Shown here piece by piece: positions 24,571 to 37,845 of a stretch of DNA of 64,000 nt. How positions within the stretch are numbered: position 1 is the first letter of the stretch; each line of letters begins with the position of its first letter. Location of the stretch: assembly GCF_018350175.1 (NCBI RefSeq), contig NC_058368.1:149050001-149114000 (forward strand). The letters are read 5' to 3'. A program made the position numbers and the translations under genes. The notes under the pieces were generated by a model, which was not told where the DNA came from, searched no databases, and saw only the letters and a program-made list of their open reading frames with translations. Origin of the DNA: Felis catus (lineage: Eukaryota).

Positions 24571-27090
24571 ATTTTTTTGGTAAATTTGTAATGTCAACTG
24601 GTAACCCACTCAAACGTCAGCCCTTGGTTTTATATTATTTCTTTTTATTAAAAAGAAAACAACAACAACAACAAAAATACAACATAAAAACAAAACCAAA
24701 AAAAAAGGAAAAAAAAAACTCGTTACATTTACCTTTACACTTGCACTGCAATACCTAGGATGTAATTATTACTCTAAAATATTTCTTCTTAGATATATTT
24801 TACTTCAACATTACCTTTATGGAAGCACGTTCTTCATCATTTCTCACGTTTAAATGCTGTTATTTTTATTTCAATGCTAGTTTCTTAGTCATGCCATTTA
24901 CTCATATATAAACTCCCTTCTGACTCTACTCTTTTTTCTATCCAGTCTCCACCTTCTGATCTTTATCTTGCTTCCCTCTCCCTTCCTCCCTCCCTCCACC
25001 CTTCCTTCTTCCCTTCCTCCCACTCTTTCTTCTTTCCTTTATCATTCCTTCCTGCCAATATACCTTCCTTCCTTCATTTATTTATTGAGAAAATACATAA
25101 ATACAGCCACGCTCAATACAAAAACAAATAGTTTAATTTTTTGTTCTGCCTGAGCTCTCTTCCCCAAAATTTAAACATAACACTGATGTATTCAGGAAAA
25201 TACATTATAACTTACCATTAAAAACATCAATTTTTTATGTGTTCTCAAATTTTCTTTATAAACTAAAAAACGATTTTTCTTAATTTTGTTTAAAGTTTAG
25301 TAAAATTCAAACTATCTAAATAGTCAATGTCTGAATAAACTGTAATTTTTACATTCATTTTGCCAAACATTTAGATAATTTTAGGTGCATGAAAATAGAA
25401 TTTCAATAAGGTCCTGAGATGTGGTTCTTCTTAGTATGGGAAATCAAAGACTAATTCTGCCCTATTCAAAGGCTTCACACAGGAATATGCTGTGAAAGGT
25501 CCTTACTTATTTCAAAACTTACAGTTGTGATAGATATGTATATTGACATGAATATGTATATCCTCAGAGTGAATATGCACTTACCTGAGGACCATTTCGA
25601 CAGTTGCTTTAAGTCTTGCCCATAATCCTGGCAAGTCAGCAGACCCAACCATTTTTATACATACAGTCAGAAGTATGTACAAGAGAAAAAATACTTGAGG
25701 AAAACCCAGGATTAGTTTTTCAGATGACCTGAAAGGATTTTTAGGGTAAATAGAGGCATCCTGTCAAGGTGTGACCTCTGAGGAAGTTGCACAGACTAAG
25801 AAAGCCAAACTTTGTTGCGTTGATGCTGCCCTGTTCTCTGCTATAGGTGGAAGCCATTTTCCTGCAGATGTTACTTTAAAGAGTCTCCTCTTATTTGCCT
25901 GTGTCTATTGATACCTTTTGTCAATTTCTATCCTAGCAACAGTGAATTTTCAAATAAAGTTAATTGGAATGTATTTGTGAATTTACTAGGAAAATTAGAT
26001 ATTTAAAGGGAACTAAGTTCATGTTTTTTATTTCCCACTTCCTTCCAAATGAAAGAAAATAGTTTATTTCATCCTTGAAATTTTGTGTTCTCTTTTCTTA
26101 ACACTTAGAACTTATTCTTGTTTCTTAAAGCAAATTATTAGTGTATCACTTAAATTTTCAAATTCCAGAATCAGATAAACTATCTTAAATCCCACTTACA
26201 ACCTATGGAAACTTGGGCATCCTACTCTCAACCTGTTTCCTCATCCATAAAATAAAATAAAATAAAATAAAATAAAATAAAATAGTAAAATAAAATAAAA
26301 TAAATAAAAATTTCACAAATTGTAATGAAGTGTAAGTGGTAAATTATCAGGGTTCAGCCATATTAACCATCAAAATTATCACTATTATTAGTGCAATAAT
26401 AAAGTTGATGATAAATAATATTAATCTCAATTGCTCAACAAATCCTTTAGCTTAATCCTAAAGTCTTCTAAGTATGAGTATTAGGTTGTTGTGCTTATAT
26501 AAACACATTTAAATGAATAATTTCCTTTTTTTTAATTTGGTAAGACTTTTACTATTTGAAAAAAAAACTTAATTAACACAAGTATAAAAACAGACAACTT
26601 GAACCAGAAGGAAATCAATGAAATTAGTATGATTGTTAGCAAGTCTCTAAATTTCCAGAATATCTTATGCAAACAACTCAAAGATTGAGCAAATAAAACA
26701 AATGTCCTCAGGGATTTTATGTTATCTATGGAAAGCAAGCAAAACTAATTCTTTTTCTGTTTTCTGTTTTCATGACCACCCTCTAAAAACTGTCGGAAAT
26801 GCAAGTGGAAAACAAATCAACATCACAAAATACAGCAAGTCAAAGTGTACAGAAATATTTATAAAGCAAATATATATTTCATGGTTTTATTTCTTTAAGT
26901 CTTTTTGGACTCTAAGTCTCAATCTTATTATTATATTATGACATTTGGAATTTGTTTTTACAATGAAGCAATTTCAACTGTATCTTATTATGTGGATCCA
27001 AAATATTTGTCTTAATATAACAAAGGGAAATCTTTTAGAAGAAAAAGTAGAAATCATAGATTATGCTGGAATGAAACAATGAAAATGTTG

Positions 27091-27986
27091 TAATCGTGTT
27101 ATAACCAGCATCCCCCTCCTGAAAATGACATACACTAGAGCAATAACTCTCAAAGTGGTATCACTCAGATCAGAATCACCCACGGTACTTTGAGGCATTA
27201 ATCCCCTGGATATACATAAATTCAATATAAGAATCTATATTTGTAAGAAGCACCCCAAGTAATTTTTATGCACATAAAATTAAGAACTACTGACCAAGTC
27301 AATTCAACAGAATTCCAAGTGCATCTACTCTGTGTTATTTTAACACCTTACCTCAATTCTGATCTGATCTGCATCCAAAGGTTTTAGAAAAATGAAGAGG
27401 TGCCTAAAGCAGTTGTACAAAAATTCCAATTTTGGCATATACAATCAGTCCAACTTGTCATCTGTGGGCAAATTGACTGATTAATTATATAATGAGATAT
27501 TGTTAATAGGGGAATTAGTATGCCCCATATACTGTGTGATAAGTGCTTGAGATGTTCACTTTATATCTCACAACTCTAAGCATTATTATCCCATTTTAAA
27601 GATGAGAAAAAATGAGATCAGTGAAAATTAAATACCTTGACTAAAGTATTTCAGTTAGTAAAGGACAGATTGTGGATCTTAACTTATGCTGGATTGATTT
27701 CAAACCTGTGCTTTTGTCTACTACATCATAATGTCAACATACTTCCATAGCACCCTCTACTGCCAGAAAGGCTCCTATGAAAATAGTAATCATTATACCT
27801 GTACTGTCTTTGTGGAAGCCTACTTTTATCCATGCCTTATAGCATGGCCTTAACGTGCTATAACCAGCATCACCCTCCTGAAAATGACATACACTAGAGC
27901 AATAACTCTCAAAGTAGCATCACTCAGATCAGAATCACCCAAGGTACTTTGAGGCATTAATCCCCTGGATACACATAGATTCAATG
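27091..27986 (+). repeat. ~136-bp direct duplication (27091-27228 and 27851-27986)
   Basis: ataaccagcatc.ccctcctgaaaatgacatacactagagcaataactctcaaagt..ttcaat occurs twice, with about 9 differences counted by eye. Confidence 0.95.
27140..27292. mobile_element. MER5-type hAT element
   Basis: gcaataactctcaaagtgg..atcagaatcacc..ccccaagtaatttttatgcacataaaattaagaactactg. Confidence 0.7.
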
Positions 27987-29189
27987 TGTATAAACTTATA
28001 CATATTATTAGTTAATTTTTAAAACATTATTATACTACCTTCTTGGCTCCTCAAAACAACATAAGGGGTATAAGACAAAGCAAATTCCCCATCTTCAATG
28101 GAGAAATTAAGACTTTGATATTCATCTTACTTTGTCCTAGAGACCAGAGATGGAGTGGTGTGGGATGGGGCTCGATGGGGAATGCAGAGGACTGGGAGCA
28201 AGAACCCATATATTTTACCTCATGGCAATTCTTTTCACCCCATTATACTGACTCATTCGAAGACAATTTTCCTAGTAGCCACTAGAATGCAACTGTTTAT
28301 ATAGAAAGAAAATGTAACATAAACACATGGTAAAAATTTGACCTACTGATAGCAAGTCAAGAGGTGACTAGTAGTGATAATAGTGACTTTCCCATGTTAT
28401 AAAACCTATGAACAATTTCCAAAGTTTAAAAAACAAAGCTTCTATCTTTTGCACTCTCTTCATGTTGCCAGTAAAGAGTGAAAACAGCTACTACCTGACT
28501 ACCTACAATTAGGGCTATACTTCATAAGCAAAGATTAGTTTCTATAATAGATACATAATATAGTTTTAAACTCTTCTTCTTTTAACATTTTACTTTATAA
28601 AAAGAAAAGGAAAATCCTAGACACATGTAGCTAAATCCACCCATCCATTTAACACATTTTATTAAGTGCCCAAAATGCATGAGAACCTGTGCTAGCTGCT
28701 AAGAATGCCTAGATGATGAAGTCACTCCTTGATTAGTGTTTACTTTGTTCTACTTAGGATTCCATTGACTCCTACCTTAATAGGCATTTTTAGAGTGGAG
28801 ATATTTGAAGTAAAGTACCTTTTAAGTACCTTTCTGTTTTAAACCTTTGAAGTCTGCCTGGACTCATGCATCACTTGCTAATAACAGGGATATAAAATTG
28901 CCTAGGAATAACTACTCCTACACATTCATGCATTAAATTTATTTATTTCAATATGAAAATAAAATTGACAAGGAACTTGCCAGGTTGATATGTTTAAAAC
29001 TATCTTGTTGTGATTATTTGGATTAATTTATTTGCCTAGGTGAGTTACCTCCATTAATTAAATGCTTTCCAGTGCCTTATTAGCTATGTTCCAAGGTCAC
29101 AGTAAACTAAGTTATTATAAGGAAGTTGTATTATAAATAAATGCTGGTTTGGTGAGTTCCTGTTCTTCCATCTACTCCATAGGTATCAT

Positions 29190-29912
29190 CGGAAGAAGTT
29201 TTGGGGGGGTGGGGGTTTGTGGGGTGGTATGGAGCCAATGGCCAAGAAAGAATTCTTGTAGACATCTTTGGTGCAAAAAGGTGATTTTATTAAAGCATGG
29301 GGATGGGACCCATGGCAGGAAGAGCTGCCCTGAGGTTGTGATGGGTAACTCATTATATACCCTCAGGTTGGAAGGGGACAGGGATAGAGTAAGTCTTTAA
29401 GGTATTTTGGAAGCAAAGTTTCCAGCACGTTGAGGAGCTAGCTGTTGCTAGGGAAACACCATTTAGCACCGTTTAATAAAACCTCAGTCATGAGACCTCT
29501 CAGATGCATTTGGGGTGGGGGGTGGGAATGGGACATAAGCTTAGAGCAGGATTTCTAGCATATATCGTGGCCAGTTGAGGAAATAGACTTACAGGATCCT
29601 CAAGGTTGAAACAATGTTAAGCCAAGGTTCTCTTTTGCCCTAGTGAAGTGTTATAATCAAGACAGCTGAGCCCCTAGAGGGAGCTCACTTTGCCTGTTTC
29701 AAGGACTTGTCAGTGGGCTGTAGGCAGTAAGGGAATTTAATTTTTCATTTGCCTTAGTTTCCCACATCACCATGACAAGCACTTAAACTCCTTTCCTTTG
29801 TTTTTGGGTAGCTGGGTGTGTCCAGGGAATATCACACAGATTCCACCTGGGTAGGGGTTGGGAGTGTTGCTAGCTTATGCTTCGCCCTCAGCCTGCCTCA
29901 TGGTCCTCATCA
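29190..29912 (-). mobile_element. Carnivore ERV solo LTR (copy A)
   Basis: Homologous throughout to copies B and C. tttattaaa is an antisense poly(A) signal; ends ..cctcatca. Confidence 0.85.
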
Positions 29913-30019
29913 TTGTAGGCATATCTTATACATAGACACCTCTTCAACAATATACACTGAAGAATCTTCAGTCTTACTGAAGATGTATATTATATATAAT
30001 AGTTTATTATTGATTATAT

Positions 30020-31150
30020 TAATAATGAGAGTCTAACCAGAAGACAAACTATACAGCAATTTGAACAGGGAAAGTTTAATATAAAGAATTGCCAATTATA
30101 ATAGAAAATTAGAGAAAAGAGGATTGGCTAGAAAGGAGTAAAAGAACTCTAAAGAACATAAGAGTAAAAGATGTAGAAGAGAGCTACTACCCCTAGGGCT
30201 CAGACAGAGCACCCTAGGAAAGAAACACACATAGAAGAGTTCCCTCCCCATGCTGGTCATTTAAAAGGGCTGAGTTCCAGACCTCCTTGGAAAGTAAATA
30301 GCTGTTACTCTGGGTAGTGGAGACATTCAGTGAGGCTACAGCAGGGACTCAGGGCAGGCTGCCCCAAGATGGGCCGCTTTGGCATAACGATTATTTTGAG
30401 TTAAAAGTAATCAAAATCCAGAAGATACAGGAAAATCTCTCTGTCTCCCCCACAACTGCCTAAACTTACATTGGAATGGAGATCCTATAATAGAAAGAGA
30501 GCTATTAACAGAGACTCACTTTTACCTAAGGAATTTATTTTCATAATAGAGCAATCTTGTTTTTCCAAACATCTCCTTTCACCTTCTAGCTAATGAGTTC
30601 TCTCCCCTTTGTATCTTCAGCCTCATACTCCTCTCCTTAGCTCATATGAGACACGTGTGACCTTTGGAATTTCATATCTATGTGGATTGCCCATAGGTAA
30701 CCTACTAAATTTGGGTTTTTTTCGTGTTAATTTGTTTCATGTCAATTTGATTTTAAGTTCTGCTAGAAGGACCACAGGGCAGAGGAAGCTCTTCCTCCTA
30801 AACACTACCAAGCTGCCTGAGTGGGTTCTGGGGCAGGCCATTCAGAGAAGGTACCACTCTACCTGACTGTATTCAGCAAGATCCTCCAGAAGCCTAGTCC
30901 TACAGAAGCTGCAAGTTCAGGTCACTTCAGAAACCATATGCACTCTAGGATCCTGCCTATAGCAACCCACATAGCTCCAGAAGAGAAACCTCTTTGCTTT
31001 CCCATGTCCCTCTAATGCACACAACTGACAAAGCTTCGTCTCAAGATGGCTGGCAAAGAAGGAATAGTTCCAGGATCCAGCTCCAGAGTCACAGAAAAGG
31101 CAATCCAATGTGGATTTAAAGCTGAGAGACTAAATTCATAACTGGCACGT
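30020..31150. mobile_element. Old LTR (LTR78/79-like) carrying a nested MER34-family LTR at 30340-30804
   Basis: ccagaagacaaactatacagcaatttgaacagggaaagtttaatataaagaattg. The insert gctttggcataacgattattttgagtt..cctcctaaaca is flanked by a ctac TSD. Confidence 0.7.
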
Positions 31151-31198
31151 TGATATAAATAATATCATTTTTAAATGTCTCAGTAAACTCGATTTCAG

Positions 31199-31345
31199 AG
31201 CATTGTGGAGATGTCTAAAGTAACTTAATGTGCAGCATCCATCAAGAAAGGTGAGAGAAATAAGAACATGGTGGAAGAACAGCCTGTTTACAAATTTATG
31301 AGAGATGAATAGAAAGTATCGGGTGATGCCTAGTGAAAGTTCAAA
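31199..31345 (+). pseudogene. Fossil exon, coiled coil (LK*LNVQHPSRKVREIRTWWKN..L*EMNRK)
   Basis: gatttcag| acceptor. Resembles TTC3 TELDWFLQDLEREIKKWQQE. An LTR inserted just downstream. Confidence 0.5.
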
Positions 31346-31370
31346 AATTTACATAAAATATAGTGATATA

Positions 31371-32703
31371 TGATGGGGCTTGGGGGTGATGGTGAGGTTC
31401 ATAGCTGACGGCCAAGAAAGAATTCGTGAAGATATCTTTGGTGCAAAAAAGGTGATTTTATTAAAGCCCGGGGAGAGGACCTGTAGGCAGAAAAAGCTGC
31501 ACTAGAGTTGTGAAGAGTGACTGATTATATACTCTCAGGTTGGGAGGGAGTTAGGGACAGCGAAAGTCTGTAAGGAATTTGGGAAGCAAGGTTTCCAGGA
31601 TTTGAGGGGCTAGCTGTTGTTGGGAAAACATCATTTATTCTGGTTTAGTAAAATCTCAGTCATGAGACCCTTCAGATGTATATCAGGGGCCATACACTTG
31701 AGTATAATTGCCAACATATATTTAGGGGTTAAAGATAACGGAGGTTTGCAAAGAAATTTTTATGTATTTAAGGAGACTTACAGGATCCTTGGGGATCAGG
31801 ATAATGTTAAGTCAAGATTCCCTTTTGCCCCCTAGCAAAGTGTCATGATTGAGGCAGCTGAATCCCTAGAGGGAGATCACTCTGCCTGTTTCAAGGACTT
31901 GTCAATGAGCTGTAGGCAGTAATGGAATTTAATTTTTCATTTGCCTTTGTTTCCCACATCACCATTGATGATGTTTTGGGGTGATGGTGGGGTTCAGAGC
32001 TGACAGCCAAAAAACAATTCTTGAAGACATCTTTGGTGCAAAAAGGTTATTTTATTAAAGCCTGGGGACAAGACCTATGGGCAGAAAGATCTGCACTGGG
32101 GTTGTGACGGCTAACTGATTATATTATTCAGGTTGGGAGGGAGTTAGGGATACAGTCTCTAAGGAATTTTGGAAGCAAAGTTACCAGACCCTTGAGGGGC
32201 CAGCAGCTGTTATGAAAATGCCACTTATTACCGTTTGTAAAACCTCATTTATGAGAACCTTCAGATGTATATCAGGGGGCCATAAGCTTGGAGTATGATT
32301 GCCAGCATATATCTTGGGGTTGTTGAGATAAAAGAAGTTTCCAAAGGAATTTTTTATATGTTAAAGTAGACTTACAGGATCCTGGGGGGAGGGGGGGGGA
32401 TCAGGATAATGTTAAGTCAAGATTCCCTTTTGCCCCTAACAAAGTGTCATCATCGAGGCAGCTGAGCTCCTAGAGGGAGGTCACTGTGCCTGTTTCAAGG
32501 ACTTGTCAGTGGACTGTAGGCAGTAAAGGGATTTAATTTTTCAGTTGCCTTCGTTTCCCACATCACCATGGCAAGCACTTACACCTTTTCCTTTGTTATT
32601 GGGTAACCAGGAGTGTCCGAGGAATATTACACATATTCCACCGGGGCTGGGGGTGTGTGCTAACTTACACTTTGCCCTCAGCTTGCCTTGTGCTCCCTCA
32701 TCA
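31371..32703 (-). mobile_element. Tandem ERV LTR pair (B truncated 31371-31965, C complete 31966-32703)
   Basis: Both copies begin tgatg..; only C has the terminal ~135 bp. One atata TSD flanks the pair. Confidence 0.9.
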
Positions 32704-32771
32704 ATATATGTCAGTGAAAGATTAATATGAACACTTTTTTTTAAGTTGATTAGGAAAATCATGGACTACAA

Positions 32772-32815
<44 letters not shown>

Positions 32816-32855
32816 ATCTGTGGATTTTAACTTTAACATTACAAATTAAAAAATT

Positions 32856-33110
32856 GGGATAGCTAGGTGGCTCAGTCGGTTGGGCATCTGCCCTCAGCTC
32901 AGGTCATGATTTCACAGTTCATGAGTTCAAACCCCGCATCAGGCTCTGTGCTAACAGCTCAGAGCCTGGAGCCTCCTTCGGTTTCTGTGTCTCCCTCTCT
33001 TTCTGCCCCTCTCCCGCTTGCACTCTGACTCTCTCTCTCTCTAAAATAAAATTAAAAAGCATTAAAAATTAAAAATAAATAAAAATTTAAAAATTAAGAA
33101 AATAAATTAA
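32856..33110 (+). mobile_element. Can-SINE, preceded by (CA)n at 32773-32813
   Basis: Sense SINEC body. Confidence 0.9.
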
Positions 33111-33500
33111 AAAACTGAACTTTATGTGTGAATTCATATCTGTTAGTAAACAATTAAATTGAACCATCATTACACATAGAAAATTTACCTCAGGGAGTCA
33201 TTTGAACTTTTTGTGGAATAGTAAATTGTAAAAACAAATTGTCAGTTCATGTCAAGTCATTTACATCTGCTCTTTATTTAAATATAAACATTATTTTCAA
33301 AATGGATTTATCTCTACTCAAGTTTAAAAAACAAATACTTTCATATTTAACTCTGATTCATAATACTTTAATGTTATGTTATTACAATTTGTGTCAGTAA
33401 ACCCTTGAATGAATTTTAAAGTAACTTAAAAAGGTAACATTCTCCAAAATTACTTATCATTTGAGAAAAACCAATATCCATGAAAAATTAGATATGCAAA

Positions 33501-33711
33501 TTTTTTTTTACGTTTCTTTATTTTTGAGGGAGAAAGACAGAGTGCGAGCAGGGGAGGGACAGAGAGAGAGAGAGGGAGAACAGATCTGAAACAGGCTCCA
33601 GGCTCTGAGCTGCCAGTAGAGACCCCAACACAGGGCTCGAACCTACAAACCATGAGATTGTGACCTGAGCTGAAGTCAGACGCTTAACCGACTGAGCCAC
33701 CCGGGAGCCCC
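33501..33711 (-). mobile_element. Can-SINE
   Basis: TSD tagatatgcaaattt. Confidence 0.93.
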
Positions 33712-34887
33712 TAGATATGCAAATTTCTATATTGGCCTTTTAATTCTCATAAATAATATATTGTAAATAAAACACTATGTTTATCATTCTATTTTCATTT
33801 TGAATATTTAATTTTAACTTACAGAAGTTCTGCAAAAGACTACATTTCCTAACACCCTTAAGTCTACTCAGATGTATTTAAGGTGAGATAAATTGAGATA
33901 AAATAGATTTTTTAAAAAGGAAGTACAAGTGAGCACCTTAATAAGACTTCAGTGTCCCATTACAATTCTAACAAATATTTTGTGATTACAGATTATTATT
34001 TTCAGCTCTACTTCAATGTCTAATCCAATCCTTTTTTTTTTTACATTTTGAAGTTAAAATACATCCATCTCTGAAGACCTTCAAGAGGGCAATTGTTCCT
34101 GATCCTACTATCCAAATTTGAGTCTTGTTCTAGTACTACTCTCTGTAGACCCCGGATGATGTCCAACCTTCTCCATGTACCTTACTCTCCCTACCTGGAT
34201 GATAGAGGTAATAACTACCTCATAGCATCATTACCCGTATTAAGTGAGGAATACACATGTAAGAACCTTAGCAGCGTGATTCACATGCATTTAGTGCTTA
34301 ATATTTATAATTATTATGATAATGATGATGAAAATATAGCCCAGTTGAATGAGAACTTGGAGTCTAGAAAAAAATATATTGCACTTATTAAAGGCAAACA
34401 CCATATCATATAGGCACCTGGGACTAAGGGGATTCATGTTGATAAATATTTCTCAATAACTTTGATTATGGGAAGAAGTGATACCAGTCACACTGCTGTT
34501 TGTTGGGTTCATTTTACTGTTTTAAATTCAATTGATTTGTCAGGACTTAGAAATTAAAATATGGACATGTTACATACTAATTTTCTATCTCCACAAGTAG
34601 TTTTAAAGTACTTTTGATGAAAGGAAACATGGGACAAAGCAAAATGTTCCTAAGAGGAACAATTTAGCACATAAGAAAATTTAATTTGTATCATGTTTAC
34701 TTCTAAAACAGAGAAGTTAAAAACTTCAGCAACTAATAACCTAGAAGTTGAGTAAGATTTTCAATCTAAATCTTAAAGAGAAAGAACCATATGCATAAGA
34801 TCTCATGTGCTTTATGTGCTTGATATCAATAATAATGAAAGATATGTATGGGATATAATCAATTCAGCCAATTTGGTATTCATAATC

Positions 34888-35397
34888 AGGGGTGCCTGGG
34901 TGGTTCAGTCAGTTAAGTGTCAGACTTTGGCTCAGGTCATGATCTCACAGCTGGTGGGCTCCAGCCCAACGTGGGGCTCTGTACTGACATCTCAGAGCCT
35001 GGAGCCCCCTTTGGATTCTGTGTCTCCCTCTCTCTGCCCCTCCCCCTATCACACAGTCTCTATCAAAAGTAAATAAACATTTAAAAAAAATTTTAAACAT
35101 ATTCACAATGAGATAAATTACAGGGTAAAGATTTCCTCTATGATGATGCTCATCATAGGAATTCATCAGCTATTTATGTTATTTAAACTTTGAGCATTTT
35201 TAAAAAATATTTATCAATTTTTGAGAATGAGAGGCAGTATGAGTGGGTGAGGGGCAGAGAAAGAGGGAAAATCCCAAGCAGGCTCTCTACTCTCACTCTT
35301 AGTGCAGAGCCCGATGCTGGGCTCAAACTCATGAAGTGTGAGATCATGACTGCATCTGAAGTCAGATGCTTCATGGACTGAGCCACCCAGGTACCCT
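34888..35397. mobile_element. Tail-to-tail Can-SINE pair (+ 34888-35097, - 35197-35397)
   Basis: Two SINEC bodies, each with its own TSD. Confidence 0.9.
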
Positions 35398-36790
35398 TAA
35401 ACTCTGAGTATTTTAAATCTATCTTTATATATAATTGTTCTAGACTCACCTATTCTGAAACCGAAATTCCCTTTATTTTGCTCTTCTTTTCAGCATCACC
35501 TGAAGAAGTTAATAATAATAAATAATTCCCTGTGATAATTAAATATTCTTTTTATTCCATTGTTAAATTATTAGAGTTAGCAAGTATGGTATTTATTTCT
35601 TATCCCCATATCAGCACACGGCTTCCTTATAACCTTTGTGTTATATATAATGCTAAAAGGAATTGCTCCAAAAAGAAATGTTTTCTTTCACACAGTTCCT
35701 ATCCCCAGGTTCTGAAATGAATAGTATTGCTTAAGAGTAGGGAAAAGTGACCAGGCCATTCACATTCATCAAGTGCACAGGACTAGTATTTAGATATGAT
35801 ATTCCCTTGTGTAACTGTACTTATGAAAACATAAATACTTGGCAGCCATATCTACCCTCATCATCACCACTAATATAATAATATGATAATAAGAATATTA
35901 ATAATTATAATAATATTATTAATAATAAATTTGTCACTTAGTGCCAGGTGATTTTTGAATAAGTGTTAGCCTCCCTGTGCTTTCCACTCACACACACAGG
36001 AATACCTGCTACACAAGGTAGACTGACATCTCAGTGTTTATAAATTACAAGAGCATAAAATACCTTGGTTTTGATTATATCTTTTGTGATGATTCACCAA
36101 GAAAATAGAGGTATATTTCTGTCTTTTGATTTCATTGTCAGTATACATTTTTCGTACTCTTCTGCCCTCTACCTAAGTGCATCTCTTTGCAATTTGTTCT
36201 ATCAACCCAGGCACATTGAACTTTCTATGCGGAAGACATTGTGAGAAGTGCTGAGAGAGAAACAAGAATTAAAATAATACTGCCAACACATAAGACATTT
36301 CCTTTATACTTAGGTTTTGAATGAAAAAAAATTTAAAATGGTGCAACTGTTTTCAAAAATGGCATAGAAAATGATGACCTTATAAGTTAAGATTATTGGG
36401 GATTTGCTGTGGGCTTAGTTAATGTGGGGATTTGCTGTGAACTTCAATTCAAAGACTTATGAAATAGCTTCCATATATAGGCATTTTGCTATATGTTGGG
36501 ATATAAAACCAGTTTGTAATCCACCTAAGGAATTAATACAAATAGAAATACTATACGAATAGTATAAAGCATAATTTGGTTTCTAAATTAGGTTCAAGTA
36601 TCAACACACACACGCACAACCTCCCAAACTTCTATTCAAGCAGTTCAAATTTAGATAATGGTATACGGTAAAACATGGAAATAGAGATGTGAAAGTACAT
36701 TAGTGACTAGTTTGTTAATGGTAGATCTCAGGGTCTTTCTGTATTTCTTTGTCTTATCATACACATCTGACTCTAAAATGTATTATTGTC

Positions 36791-36998
36791 AGGGCGCCTG
36801 GGTGGCTCAGTCGGTTAAGCATCCAACTTCGGCTCAGGTCATGATCTCATAGTTTGTGGGTTCAACCACCACGTCAGGCTGTGTGCTGACAGCTCAGAGC
36901 CTGGAGCCTGCTTCGGATTCTTTGTCTGCCTCTCTGTCTGCTCCTCCCCCACTCATTCTCTGTCTCTCAAAAATAAATAAACATTTAAAAATTTTTAA
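36791..36998 (+). mobile_element. Can-SINE
   Basis: TSD aaatgtattattgt. Confidence 0.93.
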
Positions 36999-37656
36999 AT
37001 GTATTATTGTTTCCTTCCTCATGCTTTGGTTTTTTTCTTATATTTCTGACCTCTACTTGTTCACTCACTAATCTGTTCCCTTTATGTTACCATAAAATAC
37101 AAGCAAAATATAAAGTTATACAGTGGAGACAAACACAATATTGAGATTTCTGTGATCAGTGGCCTTGTTCATACTGCCACAGCCACAAAGACTGTGAACT
37201 TAATATTTTGAGAACTATCATTTCTAAGTGAGTGGTTTTGCCTAAATGATGTCTAAATTTATCTGCCCTTTAATTTTTGAACATACTTTTTAAACAAATT
37301 ATATGATTAAAACTGTTCATGTTCTGATGTTAACTAATTAAAATTGAGCAACTAAAATTAATTAAACTATTGTTTTGATTCTGTATAGTAGGTAACTTTT
37401 AAGTTATTTGCTAAAAAAAGACTTTATTTTAAAAAAATCATGCCACTTATTTAGAAATGTTGTTATATCATTAAATATCTAAAATGGAATTTCAGCTTTA
37501 AGATAAAGGCAAAAACTCTATTTTATGCTTATTTAAAAATGCAAATCAAAGTAACAAAATACAATTCAAGTTAGAATGGGATCCACCAACTTCATCTTCA
37601 AAGAAATTAGTAGATATCTATAATGCAAAACACCACATATAAAGAATGAAAGATTA

Positions 37657-37756
37657 TGGGGAGCCAGAGTGGCTCAGTCAGTTAAGCATCTGACCCTTGA
37701 TTTTAGCTCTGGTTCCTGATTTTAGCTCTGTCTCTCTCTCTGCCCCTCCCCTGACT

Positions 37757-37823
<67 letters not shown>

Positions 37824-37845
37824 AGATAAATAAGGATTTTTTAAA
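37657..37845 (+). mobile_element. Internally deleted Can-SINE with expanded (CT)n
   Basis: Head plus a duplicated tgattttagctctg, then a CT array; TSD similar to gaatga.agatta. Confidence 0.8.

Noticed and set aside
29190..32703. A provirus between LTR copies A and B/C
   Set aside because: The intervening DNA is other LTRs and host sequence. No PBS or gag/pol/env remnants were seen.
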